Positions 49,348 to 60,400 of a DNA stretch of 64,000 nt are shown here, one piece after another (the first letter of the stretch is position 1; the number at the start of each line of letters is the position of its first letter). The DNA comes from Nitrosopumilus sp. GTDB taxonomy: Archaea; Thermoproteota; Nitrososphaeria; Nitrososphaerales; Nitrosopumilaceae. Made by a program: the position numbers and the translations under genes. Below the pieces are notes generated by a model. It ran no database searches and had not been told where the DNA came from. It saw only the letters and a program-made list of their open reading frames with translations. The stretch spans positions 960,001-1,024,000 of the forward strand of contig OZ241981.1 in NCBI GenBank assembly GCA_965204345.1. The letters run 5' to 3'.

Positions 49348-52300
49348 TTATTTAGGAAGTTTTTCCCTAATGATGAAAATAAAAATCACTCCGATCGCAA
49401 CCCCTGCCATTATGCCAATGGTGACTCCCACACCAAACGTATGGTCTGCAAGCACGTTGGTTTTGTTATTTGGTGTTACAGTTGTTGCTAGCTCTGAATC
49501 CTTTGTTTCTGATGGCATCATGACCGTAGAATTATTTTCTGAATCATTTGCAGGCAGATCAGACAAGACCTTATCATCATCATCATGCATCTGCATCTGC
49601 TGATTTGCATTAGCATCAGATGAGATGTTTGTAAATTTTGCTGCAAGCGAGATGGGCTCAGTAGGCAAGATGCCTCCAAACAGGGTAGAGTGTGCCAAAA
49701 GCGTGTAGGTGCCTGTATGATTAATTGGCACATAAAGTACTGTGGATGTGTCATCCTTGTTTTTGACGGGGAAAAAGCCGCCGCCCTGACTAAACAGTGA
49801 CCCGCCCAGCCAGTCAAGGGACGGCCATCCATAAAAGTAGTCAAAGACACCAGGGGGAACATTGGTTTGGACTATTTTTCCAGACGGGTCCATTACAAAG
49901 ACTGACAGGTTTGTATCATTGCTAATCCAGGAAAGCTCAATTGCTCCGGTATTGATTGACTCGTCTTGTATGTCAAAGTAGTACTGTCTCCAGTCGCCTG
50001 CCATGTAGCGGTTGGTCATGTCAAAGGCACCCTTGACGTATCCGTTGCCATAAAGTATGCTGTCATTGTCTTGTATGCCCTCAAGCAGAAACGAAGAATT
50101 GTTTTCAAGCACCGGCTGCTTGATTGCAAAGGATACCGGGGCATTTACCGTATGGTTGCTGCTGCTACTGCTGCCCTGAAAGGACAAAAACCCCTGATAG
50201 ACCCCTGTCCGAAGATCATTGGGGGTGATCAGTGTCACATCAACCTCAGATGTGTCCTCAGGTCCCACAGAGACTGTTTCAGATTCTGTCCACAGTACGG
50301 GCCATCTCTCCTTTTGATAGTGGCTTGCAGAGATTGTATAATCCATGGACGTTGAATTCAGATTTGTATCGCCAAACCAGTACGAGTATCTGGTGGGAAC
50401 CGGATATACGCCAACTAACGGAACGCCGTCAAACTTTTCGGCAGGTTCTGATACCCGTAGTTCCTGGACGGTTCCCCAGGAGCCGGACCTGTTTATCAGG
50501 GACAGCTCATCGCTGGTAATTTTTGTGTCATTGTTGTTATCAAGCCAGTCATAAAGATACAGCGAGGAGATTTTCAGGTCATCGGCATACACGTCTGAGG
50601 TCCTGTTCATAAAGTCATCAAAGAGAAAGTTGACTGTCAGCACCATCAGTGAGGAGTCATCAGGTATTGGGTTCTCCTCATTAAAAAAGGTCCCCAGCTC
50701 GGTACTGGAGTTTACATCAGATAGCTTGACATAGTTTGGGATAAACGCATCAGTCTTGTTTGCCAATGAAGAGGAGGAAGGATCCTCCTGGCGAAGAACC
50801 GTCGTGCCACTAAAGTTGCCGTGTGTTAGCAGTGAGAGGGTTTGGGGCTTTACATTTACCGTTATGGTCTCATTGGTTGGATTCTCAATGGTAAACGTAG
50901 TCATGGTCCTGTCTCCCGGAAGCAGCTGTCCTGCAAACCAGCCAGTCATCGGAAAGGACCGCGAGGGAAGATCAAACTGTTCAAATCCTGCTGCACTAAA
51001 GTTGAACTTTTGCATGGCAGGCTCCAAAGTGTCTTTTACGTTGTGATACGACATGTCATTATACACGATGAATACGCCGTTCTCACCATTGACGTAATCT
51101 AACGCGGCTTTAACATTTGCCAGGCCCGAGCCCTGAGTAAATGGATCATTGCCAAGATCAGTTGCAGTAGACATTAGGATATTTTTGATCATAAATGGAT
51201 CATAATCCTGTGACTGTTTTTTTAGTTCCTCAATTAGGATTGCAGCGCTGCCTGAGACAATGGGGGCTGCCATGCTGGTACCCCCAAACAGTGAGAAGGA
51301 TTCCAGCTTTGAATCCCTGTTTATCTTAAGTACGTTGGAGGGAACAAAGCCGTGGGCGCCTATGCTCATAAGATCAGGCTTTGGATCCCCAATGGGACTG
51401 GGACCCCTGCTTGAAAAGTCAACTATGTGATTATAATGATCAGTCGTGTTTCCAAACCTTGGCTGATCCTTAAACGGCCCGTAACCTACAAAGACATTGT
51501 TGTTTGTGGCCCCCACTGATATTCCAAACGGGGATGCGTTTGGCAGCCCGATGGTGCCATACCCGTGCCCGGAATTTCCGGCACTTGAGATGATTGTCAC
51601 CCCCGGATAGTCATCATCTATGGAATGGGGGGTTGCAAGCACGCTTAGAATCAGCGATAGCACGTCCATCCCAGGGGAGGACTCAAGGGAGGGAAAAGTC
51701 GAGATTCCCCAGCTATTGGAGATTATGTCGGCTCTTGGCTTGCCTGAAAACTTCCAGCCATTAGCACCACCACCACCATCATGGTTTTCAAATCCCGCAG
51801 ACCACAGCCACCCGTACACGGTATCGCCAAACCACAGTGCCTTTACAGGAATAATCTTTGCATCAGGTGCTACGCCTGCAATGGAGTATGCCTTTGAGTT
51901 GTTGTATATGTCATAGTGCTGCTGGCCCCTTGATGTGATGGACGCGGCACTTGATGTTCCATGTCCTGCAAAGTCAGTCATCATTCCAAAAAAGTTGCCG
52001 TCAGGATCTAGTGCCGGCAGCAGTGTCCCGTTAACTGCGTTTATGCTATCATTAATCTCAGCAGATGTGTTGTTGTTTATTGCGCCATACAAATCAAGCA
52101 CCCGTGCGCCCAAAGTACCCGCACTGTAGTCGTTTTTTCCATCATCATTTGAGTCATACACCAAAAACTCGTTTCCACTCCCAAGTGTGATTGGCTTTTC
52201 GTCAGTAAAGTCAAAGTCGTAAACTGGCATCTGGTCAGACTCTAGGTCAAAGCGCGTATAGTCCTCCCAGGAAGTGCTCATGTCAGGTATGACAGTATCA

Positions 52301-53295
52301 TATACCCCTGCAACAAAAGAGTCCACCACAAGGACCGGCACCACCTGAATCCTGGCAAACGGGCCCGAGGCTGCCCCCTGGTAGATTACCCCAAGGTGGT
52401 ATATCCCGCTCTTTGACTTTATGTAATTTCTGTTGTCATCGCCGATCTTCATGTCATTTGCAAGGGTTCCGTTAAATGTGACTGAGCTGCCAAGCTGGGG
52501 GAAAAACGAGTTGTAGATTGCAATGTCACTGCCGTCTCCTCCCTGGGAGACGTCAAGGAACACGCCGTCCCTAGTCACGTATGCCGAGGAGGTCATCTCA
52601 GGCGGGAGCGGGCTGCTGTAGTTTCTGATGATCTGGTTCTCATCAACATATGCAAAAAAGGTAGCATTTGTCAGGACTATCCCCTGGCCGTCAGGATCAA
52701 GCATGACTGGATGGTTCAGCTCGTCTCGTGCAAGCGAATGCCTTATGTCCAGATTCGAAAAGTCAACTCCGGTATCCACAACTGCAATTGTCGTGCCATT
52801 TCCGCTTGCACCATATCTTTGCAGCGCAGTATCAGACTTGCTAATCTTGGCAATTCTTGAGGCATCACTTATCTTTTCATCTGACGGGGAGTGAAAGTCA
52901 AGCTGAAAGTCTTCTATGACGCCGTATCCCAGCGAGGACAGACGGGATGCGTCACTATCGGAGAGCATTGTCACATAAAAGAACCCGTTATCAGAGTTGA
53001 TTCCAAACAGGGAGTTGTCTTTTAGGAGAGGATGCCCAGAGTTCCCCGAATCTGCTGCTCGTGGTGGTGCTGTCCCGAAGATCAGATATCGTTTAAAGTC
53101 ATTTTCAACAAAAAAATCAGAGTCAAACTCTATTATGCCAGAGCCAAACTCGACTGGTTTTTGCGTGTTACCTTGAAGGGATACATCGTCTCCGGATGAT
53201 GATGATGATAATGGTAATGATGATGCAAACCCATACGAATTTGCAGTTACAAGGGATAACAGCATAACACAAAAGAAGATAGCCACCTTGGGCAT
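49348..53295 (-). CDS. Membrane-anchored S8 (subtilisin-like) serine protease
   Basis: Catalytic triad VVDTG / GHGT / GTSMAAP; SAGN; signal peptide and C-terminal TM. Confidence 0.93.
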   Translation of the reverse strand: MPKVAIFFCVMLLSLVTANSYGFASSLPLSSSSSGDDVSLQGNTQKPVEFGSGIIEFDSDFFVENDFKRYLIFGTAPPRAADSGNSGHPLLKDNSLFGINSDNGFFYVTMLSDSDASRLSSLGYGVIEDFQLDFHSPSDEKISDASRIAKISKSDTALQRYGASGNGTTIAVVDTGVDFSNLDIRHSLARDELNHPVMLDPDGQGIVLTNATFFAYVDENQIIRNYSSPLPPEMTSSAYVTRDGVFLDVSQGGDGSDIAIYNSFFPQLGSSVTFNGTLANDMKIGDDNRNYIKSKSGIYHLGVIYQGAASGPFARIQVVPVLVVDSFVAGVYDTVIPDMSTSWEDYTRFDLESDQMPVYDFDFTDEKPITLGSGNEFLVYDSNDDGKNDYSAGTLGARVLDLYGAINNNTSAEINDSINAVNGTLLPALDPDGNFFGMMTDFAGHGTSSAASITSRGQQHYDIYNNSKAYSIAGVAPDAKIIPVKALWFGDTVYGWLWSAGFENHDGGGGANGWKFSGKPRADIISNSWGISTFPSLESSPGMDVLSLILSVLATPHSIDDDYPGVTIISSAGNSGHGYGTIGLPNASPFGISVGATNNNVFVGYGPFKDQPRFGNTTDHYNHIVDFSSRGPSPIGDPKPDLMSIGAHGFVPSNVLKINRDSKLESFSLFGGTSMAAPIVSGSAAILIEELKKQSQDYDPFMIKNILMSTATDLGNDPFTQGSGLANVKAALDYVNGENGVFIVYNDMSYHNVKDTLEPAMQKFNFSAAGFEQFDLPSRSFPMTGWFAGQLLPGDRTMTTFTIENPTNETITVNVKPQTLSLLTHGNFSGTTVLRQEDPSSSSLANKTDAFIPNYVKLSDVNSSTELGTFFNEENPIPDDSSLMVLTVNFLFDDFMNRTSDVYADDLKISSLYLYDWLDNNNDTKITSDELSLINRSGSWGTVQELRVSEPAEKFDGVPLVGVYPVPTRYSYWFGDTNLNSTSMDYTISASHYQKERWPVLWTESETVSVGPEDTSEVDVTLITPNDLRTGVYQGFLSFQGSSSSSNHTVNAPVSFAIKQPVLENNSSFLLEGIQDNDSILYGNGYVKGAFDMTNRYMAGDWRQYYFDIQDESINTGAIELSWISNDTNLSVFVMDPSGKIVQTNVPPGVFDYFYGWPSLDWLGGSLFSQGGGFFPVKNKDDTSTVLYVPINHTGTYTLLAHSTLFGGILPTEPISLAAKFTNISSDANANQQMQMHDDDDKVLSDLPANDSENNSTVMMPSETKDSELATTVTPNNKTNVLADHTFGVGVTIGIMAGVAIGVIFIFIIREKLPK

Positions 53296-53326
53296 TAATC
53301 AGTCTGGTTGTTCTGTATTATTATAA

Positions 53327-54298
53327 CTATCTTCTTCGGGCTAAAATGGCAATCTGTAATGCAACAATCAGTCCAATTGAGGCAATGATGGGCAGCATCA
53401 ATGCGTTGAGCTGAGAGGACGCCTCAGTAATAAAGTGCACAGATGTCGAGATATCCCCAATGTTCTCATCAATCTGGTTGCTTGCATGATCCAGTGTACT
53501 GTCAAATCCCTGGATTTCAGACTTTAGGATATCAAGCTCGTCTGATGTCTCATGCAGTATAGAGTTTAGCGCGATTATTTGATCAGAGATTCCGCCAATG
53601 TCCTGGCTTAGCACGTTGGTTGCAGCAGAGCCGTGGGATGTGGTTCCCTGGCTAAATGCCACGACATGGAATATGTGGGTTCCCACCTCCTTTGGGGTAT
53701 AGTCTACATAGTATAGTCCCTGGTGCAGTGTCTTAAACGAGCCAGACAGCGGAACCAAGAGGCCCGAGGGCAGGTGCACGTGTGTCGTGTCTAGTAGCTC
53801 AGTAGGGTCGTTTCCTATCAAAAGGCCGTCACTGGTCGTCTGTACAAAGACCCGAATCGGCTGGTCTTTTGCCGCAGTCTCAGGGGCAAAGACCAAAGTG
53901 TTTACAAACCTCTCAACTGTCACATCAAGAAGATCAGTTGAGGATGAGAACTTTACGTCAATCTTTTGTGATATTCCGTCTTGCTCTGTACTGATTACCT
54001 CAACTGTGTACGTGCCGTATGGAAAGTCAGTTGATGGCTCTGGCCAGTTTAGCAGCCCGTAGTTAAAGGAGCCGTCAGGTTCGGTGGCAATCTGATCAAA
54101 CTTTGCAATGGTTTGATCCGGTGCAAAGATCCGTATGATCAGGTTCTCATTGGGTATGCCTGTGCCGTATATCTGCAAGTTGTGTGCAGGCGAATAGACC
54201 TTGCTGTTTGTAAATAGCTCAAGGTCTGCAAATGAGTTGTTAGGCGCATTTATGATTAGGAGTATGATGGCAAATGAGAGGAGAATCTTGAGTTTCAT
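53327..54298 (-). CDS. Exported Ig-like/coiled-coil/C-terminal TM protein (SlaB-like anchor candidate)
   Basis: Signal peptide, two beta-rich domains, heptad region, TM plus RRR; directly downstream of the S-layer gene. Confidence 0.7.
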   Translation of the reverse strand: MKLKILLSFAIILLIINAPNNSFADLELFTNSKVYSPAHNLQIYGTGIPNENLIIRIFAPDQTIAKFDQIATEPDGSFNYGLLNWPEPSTDFPYGTYTVEVISTEQDGISQKIDVKFSSSTDLLDVTVERFVNTLVFAPETAAKDQPIRVFVQTTSDGLLIGNDPTELLDTTHVHLPSGLLVPLSGSFKTLHQGLYYVDYTPKEVGTHIFHVVAFSQGTTSHGSAATNVLSQDIGGISDQIIALNSILHETSDELDILKSEIQGFDSTLDHASNQIDENIGDISTSVHFITEASSQLNALMLPIIASIGLIVALQIAILARRR

Positions 54299-54314
54299 TT
54301 TGTTTAGTTCTCAA

Positions 54315-54418
54315 TGTTCTCCTAGATATTGCTTCTGGAAAAGTTGTCCACTCTCAAAACTTGCTAAAATCCATTTGGGATTGCCTGTTCCTAGATATGT
54401 TCCTAGAAAAGTTGTGCA
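54315..54418. repeat. Imperfect ~35-bp direct repeat pair
   Basis: TGTTCTCCTAGATATTGCTTCTGGAAAAGTTGTCCA and TGTTCCTAGATATGTTCCTAGAAAAGTTGTGCA. Confidence 0.6.
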
Positions 54419-54473
54419 TAACTTACGTTAAGTGTGATTCAAAAAAAGAAAAAAGGGGAAATTAGAACTAGTT

Positions 54474-57400
54474 TTAGCTTACACTTATAGTTGTGCTGAT
54501 TGGTGGTGATAAAGCCGTTGGACTATCAACGGATTCCCATACAAATGCAGATGCTTCGTAAGCTCCTGCCTCAGTTGGGGTCCATGATAGTGATGGGCTA
54601 AATGACTGACCAACAGATAGTGAACCTGTAATCCATGCTAGTGAAACGGTAACACCGTTACTATCTTGAATCTGTACCAAGTAAGCAAATTGCTGATCTC
54701 TCTCCTGACCATTCGTTAAATCGGCGCTGATTTGTATCTGTTGATCAACGGAAACAGTATCTAGACTGTTACCAAATGAATCAATTGCTCTCAAATTATC
54801 AGCTGGTGCCCTCGAAAGAGGTGGCACAACAGTACCGATGAAGGAAGTGGCAGTGATGTTCAGTTCTTGATTAGTTGTGTACGGATCTGGCAGTGTATTG
54901 TCCTCATATCTTGCGGTGACTGTATCACCTTCTGAGACTCTGAGTCTGTGACCGGATGATGAATCGTCAACTGTGAAATGCACAGTGCCTTCAAAAATTC
55001 CGGTTGCCTCATTAGTCTCAGTTACAGTAAGGTCAATACCTCCGGAATCGGAGTCAGACCATACATCGACATCAAGGTTATCTACTGCTTCTGGATTTAA
55101 GTTCATGTCTGGATCAATTATTCTTACAATACCTGCTCCGCTAGCTGGATAGCTTGCTTCAAGCCACTGAGCTTCACCGATGTTCCACCTGATTAATGCT
55201 GAACCGACTACGGTTTCATCCTCTGAGAACTCAAAGGATACTGAAAGACCCTCATCGTCAGAAGCTGGTAGCATTCCATCAGTTGGGCCGGTATTATCAC
55301 GAGATTCTGCACCGGTTGCATCCTCAATAGTACCATCGCCATCTGCATCATGGTTAGAGAATCCTGTAAGGATTACTTCGCCAGTGAAGATGCCTGTGTC
55401 AGTACCAGTTTCAACGAGTTGATAGTTGTCAATAGCGGCATCACGTGTAGAAATCCTTATTGGATTATTCGCTCCGCCGATCTCATCAACTAAATCAGTG
55501 TCAAAGTTGTGATCTGGTGCAACAATGGTAATGTAGACTTTGTCAGTCCAAGTGTATACTTTTTGGTCAAGCTCAACAGTTGCTCCGAAGTTAGAAGTGA
55601 ATACTATAACTTCTACATCTTCATCTTCATCTCCTACATAATCAGAACCTGATGGGCCCCAATCGGTGTACTCTAGTTTGATTTGTTCGCCTCTTTCAAG
55701 GGGATCATTACGCAACTCAGCAGGAATCTCGATGACAATCTGGAAGATACCAGTACTGTCACCTGTTTCTCTGAAATCGATTGGTTCTGGATCAAAAACA
55801 TCGCCGCCACCTTCATTACCCATAGTGATATCTGCGGCATCTGAATCCCATTCGATCAAGTCTAGATCAAATGTCTCAGTAGCATCATTGTCCAGATCAA
55901 AGTCTGGTTCAATGAGTGTCAAGATCATGTCAGAACCAATAATGTACACGTTTTTGTCAGCTTGTAATACACCGTTTCTTAGGTCAAATGTAGCAGAGTC
56001 TGTAACAGTATTTTCATCACCTGAAGCATCAGTAGGATCAGTGTATTCTACTTGGAGAATATCTCCTTGTAGGATACAATAATGACTATTATCACTATTA
56101 TCACTTGGTTCATTGAATCTGCTAAGCTCGCCCGTACCTAACGTACTATTAGTTGTAGATGGTGTGAAGACTGTTGTCTCTGGACAATTATTGCTTTCTG
56201 GACCATCAGTGTATCTAATTGTGAGATCGTATTCATAAATACCGGCATCTGGAGCAATTTCACTAATTGGACCAAATTGTATTGCATGAGCTGGATTCTG
56301 ATCACCGACGTCAATTAAGCCGCCTTGTGCTTCAGGACCACCTGCATAACCTAATACGACTACATCAGAACCTCTCATAACAGAGATCTTGACTGGGCCA
56401 ACATCATCACGTCCGACATTTTCGGCAATAATATCTGCACCAGATGGGTTTATGTCAAAGTCTGGGTCATTCACTCTAATGTGAACAGTTAGATCACCGT
56501 TAGTAATGAATTCTCCCTCATCTATCGCGTCTATTATTCCAGTTGAATGTATTGGGAAGATTGATCTTTCTCCAGGAAAGCTATCATTGTCAAAACCTGA
56601 ACCTACAAAGTTAGCTGGAACACCAAATGGTACCGGATAGACTGTACGATCAAGACTTACTGAACCTGTGTTAGCAGCTACTCCTGCTGAGTCACCAACT
56701 TCAATAATTTCACCAGATGCATCTCTATAGTCAACATAGTTGACTTCGATGTCGAGTCCGGTTACTGTTGCTGAAGTACCATTAACAGTAGGACACCAAT
56801 CGGATGGGATTTGGAAATCACCAACGAATGTGCCTGAATCTTTCTCGGTTTCTCTCAGAGTAAATCTAGTATCAGCAAGACCGCCATGAATACCACTATT
56901 TTCAAGCAATGCTTCACACAGACCACCTCTATTAGTCCATTTGGCATCATCAAAGGTAACATCAAGGAGTCTTCCTTGTGACCCAAATGACAATCCCTCT
57001 AAGTCAGAATGAACATCTTGACCTACTTGATCATTATCAACATCTGATAAATCATCAGTAGTAACAACAGTATAGATATCAATCAGATCGGAGTTTATGT
57101 TAAGATCCAAGTCTTCTAGAGTAATAACTACAGTATCAGCAACCTTGTATGAATCTTGGTTTAGAGATACAATGCCTGAATGACTTATAGCTGCTTCTTG
57201 ATCAGATATTGGAGTAACCGCACCATCTCTACCTAGATCAGCATATGTTACTCTAGGTGCATCTTCGTCAGTCAAATCCTCAATTGCAACAAATGAGGCA
57301 GTGTCTGAGATTGGGCTAATACCTGCAAAGGTACCATCCTCTATGATGTTTAGTTGGTTAACCATGATATATTCAAGTGAACCGTTGAAGGTACTTGTGT

Positions 57401-59639
57401 TATCACCTGATTCTTCAGCTTCAATTCTGATGATTTGGTTTGCAATCCTTTCGGATGCTTGCACACCATCCTCAATGAAACCGAATGAGAAGAAGTCTAC
57501 TACAATTGGTTTATCACCGTCTACAGAAACATCACCATCTGTGAATTGGATTAAGAGTCCAGCTCTATTGGATGAATCTGCGGCAAAGACGGCACTCATT
57601 GCATCATCAATGTTTACATAACCTGCTGGGCCACCTCCTATTATAAGAGGTATGATACTAGTATCACCCTGCAATGATGGAAGTCCATTATCTTGGTTAA
57701 GTATATCAGAGGTGCTGTCGAGCAAAGCGATGTTTACTGAATTAGCCGATGGTGCTAAGCTTCTAAAGTCATAGTTAATGAAATTAGCAGCAAAACCATC
57801 ATCAGTCGTATCAGTTAAATCACTTTGTTCAGTGCCTGTTAAGTGGCCAAAGGTTGCTTCTAAGTCAATTATTATCAAGTCTGCACTAGTTGTAGATGCA
57901 GTACCTTGGATTGTACCAATTTGGCTTACGGAATCAATTGACATTACTGCGCTGTTTGCGTTCACACTACCTGACGGAGTGCCAATATCTAATGATATGA
58001 CATCGCCTACTTCTGTACCGAATTCTTGAACAGTATTTGGATCAGGGGTACGTAGATAAACAAATAAGCTGTCATCACCTTGACGTAAACCTTCACCTAA
58101 TGTGAATGGATCGCCAGTTGATAATGTTGGAACTATAACATCAGGGTTGTAGACATCCAAGTCTTCATCTACCCTAGAGTTTGTGTTCATATCACCATCA
58201 ACTAAGACTAGTGGAATCTCTATACCAGAGTTCCACTTGTCATCGACAGGTCCAATATCAATAGTTGCAAAGTCATAGCCTACAAGAACTGTTTTTGGAG
58301 TTTCGTTGTAATCAATTGAAGCTGAAACACCTCTTCGTGGATTTTCATCAACAATTTGAATTACTGAAACATCTGATTCATCATATGTACTAAATATGCC
58401 AGACTTTACGGTTTGTTCAGTAATTGTTACTGGTTGAGAACCAGCGTCTAAGGTTTGTGTATATGCGTCTCGAGGATCTCCTGGATTTGTCAATACGGAA
58501 TCATCGTTGTCATTTAATGTGACAACTGGATTACCAGTGCTTTGTGCATCAATATCTAATACAAGATAGCAATTATCTTCACACATCAAGTCACGTCTTT
58601 GATCAAAAATATTGCCATAACCATCCACATAATCGTCATCACCCTGTACACTACCATTCTCATCAAAGAGCTGATAGTATATTGCTGGATTATTTGGATC
58701 TGTACCGAATGTCCAAGAATCTTCATCAGTTGGGTCAATGTTTAACCACAAATCAGTGATTGTAGCATGTACTTGTGAGGATGGAGGATAAGTATCTCTA
58801 TCCAACTCTAAACCTGCAAAGTCAGTAACTGAATCAAAGGTTAGTGTTACTGATTGTGCACCACCACCTTTGTTGTATTGGATATTGACATTGCCAGTTG
58901 GGTTTAATTCATAGAGTTGAACAAATGGCCAAAGATTATTTTCGTCTACTCCCGGATATTCAGGGCTATCAAATGCGAATCCGATCTGACCAACACCATC
59001 ATTACCAGGAGCATTTCTGTTTATGTCCTTTGCTTCTCTGACGACATTCATTTTATCGGCTTCATTACGATCGCCTGTAAAGAGATCATCAGGAGTACAT
59101 GAAGGAACTGTATCTGAAGGAATTGTACCTTTACCACTTGTACCAATACTTAATGATGCGTTAGTGCTTGTAACAACAGTTGGAATTGCAAATCCTACTG
59201 TGTCAGGAGTACCAAAGCCGAGAACATCATCACCAGACGCTGCATTACAGAAAGTACCAAAGTCTAACCCAGTTCCGGGTGGACTTGCACCTACTGTAAA
59301 GTCTGCTAGTTGTGCTTGAGCTCGGTCTGCAAAGTAACCATACCAGTTACCGTCTACGGCTTGAGCCATTCTCAGGATCTTTCCGTTTACTGTAACGTCT
59401 GGTTCACCTTTTGACTCATCTGTATCATTGATATCACGATCGATTACGACTACCTCAATTACTTGAGGGCCAGACATGTAGTTGTCAAACTGTGAGTTTT
59501 CTGCGGAGACAAATAGGTTGGCATTGGAAGCAGCATGTGCTACTGGCATTACGCCAGGAATAGCAAATGTCATACCACCAGCAACCATAATTGTCATTAG
59601 TGTAAGACTAGTTATTTTACGTCCTATTTCGTTATTCAT
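54474..59639 (-). CDS. slaA: Major S-layer protein
   Basis: MNNEIGRKITSLTLMTIM...NANLFVSAEN; repeated ETGxxTGIF Ig modules; very acidic; C-terminus WESVDSPTALSP. Confidence 0.93.
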   Translation of the reverse strand: MNNEIGRKITSLTLMTIMVAGGMTFAIPGVMPVAHAASNANLFVSAENSQFDNYMSGPQVIEVVVIDRDINDTDESKGEPDVTVNGKILRMAQAVDGNWYGYFADRAQAQLADFTVGASPPGTGLDFGTFCNAASGDDVLGFGTPDTVGFAIPTVVTSTNASLSIGTSGKGTIPSDTVPSCTPDDLFTGDRNEADKMNVVREAKDINRNAPGNDGVGQIGFAFDSPEYPGVDENNLWPFVQLYELNPTGNVNIQYNKGGGAQSVTLTFDSVTDFAGLELDRDTYPPSSQVHATITDLWLNIDPTDEDSWTFGTDPNNPAIYYQLFDENGSVQGDDDYVDGYGNIFDQRRDLMCEDNCYLVLDIDAQSTGNPVVTLNDNDDSVLTNPGDPRDAYTQTLDAGSQPVTITEQTVKSGIFSTYDESDVSVIQIVDENPRRGVSASIDYNETPKTVLVGYDFATIDIGPVDDKWNSGIEIPLVLVDGDMNTNSRVDEDLDVYNPDVIVPTLSTGDPFTLGEGLRQGDDSLFVYLRTPDPNTVQEFGTEVGDVISLDIGTPSGSVNANSAVMSIDSVSQIGTIQGTASTTSADLIIIDLEATFGHLTGTEQSDLTDTTDDGFAANFINYDFRSLAPSANSVNIALLDSTSDILNQDNGLPSLQGDTSIIPLIIGGGPAGYVNIDDAMSAVFAADSSNRAGLLIQFTDGDVSVDGDKPIVVDFFSFGFIEDGVQASERIANQIIRIEAEESGDNTSTFNGSLEYIMVNQLNIIEDGTFAGISPISDTASFVAIEDLTDEDAPRVTYADLGRDGAVTPISDQEAAISHSGIVSLNQDSYKVADTVVITLEDLDLNINSDLIDIYTVVTTDDLSDVDNDQVGQDVHSDLEGLSFGSQGRLLDVTFDDAKWTNRGGLCEALLENSGIHGGLADTRFTLRETEKDSGTFVGDFQIPSDWCPTVNGTSATVTGLDIEVNYVDYRDASGEIIEVGDSAGVAANTGSVSLDRTVYPVPFGVPANFVGSGFDNDSFPGERSIFPIHSTGIIDAIDEGEFITNGDLTVHIRVNDPDFDINPSGADIIAENVGRDDVGPVKISVMRGSDVVVLGYAGGPEAQGGLIDVGDQNPAHAIQFGPISEIAPDAGIYEYDLTIRYTDGPESNNCPETTVFTPSTTNSTLGTGELSRFNEPSDNSDNSHYCILQGDILQVEYTDPTDASGDENTVTDSATFDLRNGVLQADKNVYIIGSDMILTLIEPDFDLDNDATETFDLDLIEWDSDAADITMGNEGGGDVFDPEPIDFRETGDSTGIFQIVIEIPAELRNDPLERGEQIKLEYTDWGPSGSDYVGDEDEDVEVIVFTSNFGATVELDQKVYTWTDKVYITIVAPDHNFDTDLVDEIGGANNPIRISTRDAAIDNYQLVETGTDTGIFTGEVILTGFSNHDADGDGTIEDATGAESRDNTGPTDGMLPASDDEGLSVSFEFSEDETVVGSALIRWNIGEAQWLEASYPASGAGIVRIIDPDMNLNPEAVDNLDVDVWSDSDSGGIDLTVTETNEATGIFEGTVHFTVDDSSSGHRLRVSEGDTVTARYEDNTLPDPYTTNQELNITATSFIGTVVPPLSRAPADNLRAIDSFGNSLDTVSVDQQIQISADLTNGQERDQQFAYLVQIQDSNGVTVSLAWITGSLSVGQSFSPSLSWTPTEAGAYEASAFVWESVDSPTALSPPISTTISVS

Positions 59640-60050
59640 GTTATTGATTGTTTTCTTAAAAGTTAGTATAAAAGCCTAATGGATGAATTGTCCACAGTTA
59701 TCACATTTTTTGTAATTTTTTTCTCAAATATTGAAATTGAGTATAATTTCTGGATCATTGGATCATATTATTTACAGTTAATTTGACAAAGAAGCACTTG
59801 ATCGTCATATATTGTATGCTTTGCGTATAATTTATGAAAAATTTGTAGGCTAGCTTGTGTGCTGATCTCTTTTTCTGACTTGCTAGAATCTTGCAGCTTG
59901 CCATAAAATCTTCTGTGTCAACATCGTTGCCTTTGGGAAATAACGCAAAGTTCCTCAAGCCGTTTATTGTATGCTCCAAAATATTAAAACATCTTTGGTC
60001 GGACTTGCCGATGCCAGTTGCAACTCCCCCTCCCCCCACACATCTTATCA

Positions 60051-60137
60051 GTTCTGGTAAATTTTGGTGTTCTGTGCCACAGATTACAGATTTAGAAAAT
60101 CTCTGAATTGTACCTTGGGAATTTTTTGATGATTACA
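60051..60137 (-). repeat. ~87-bp inverted repeat, arm 1
   Basis: Reverse complement aligns with 61294-61379 (14 differences in 87 nt by hand count). Confidence 0.85.
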
Positions 60138-60400
60138 TTTTGGCAATTTAAGAGAATCATCTCTTGCAATTTGCTGTCAAATTCCGGTGATCAGAATTTG
60201 ACAGAACTCCTTGGCATTAATTAAAACACAGCTGAGCCATAGACAAGTCATCTTTGCAGACAAATTATTCTATTACACACAAAATAAAACGATCAGATAC
60301 ATTTTATGCTTTAACAGCTTTGTGTTTTTTTACTTTTGTTAAACTATGAAATAATAATTTATGATCTGCTTTTTATGTAGACTTACTACAGTGATGCTTA

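Noticed and set aside
59755-60106. ORFs 59755-60039 (minus) and 59891-60106 (plus) as genes
   Set aside because: They are fragments of the decayed element containing the inverted-repeat arm; no credible start
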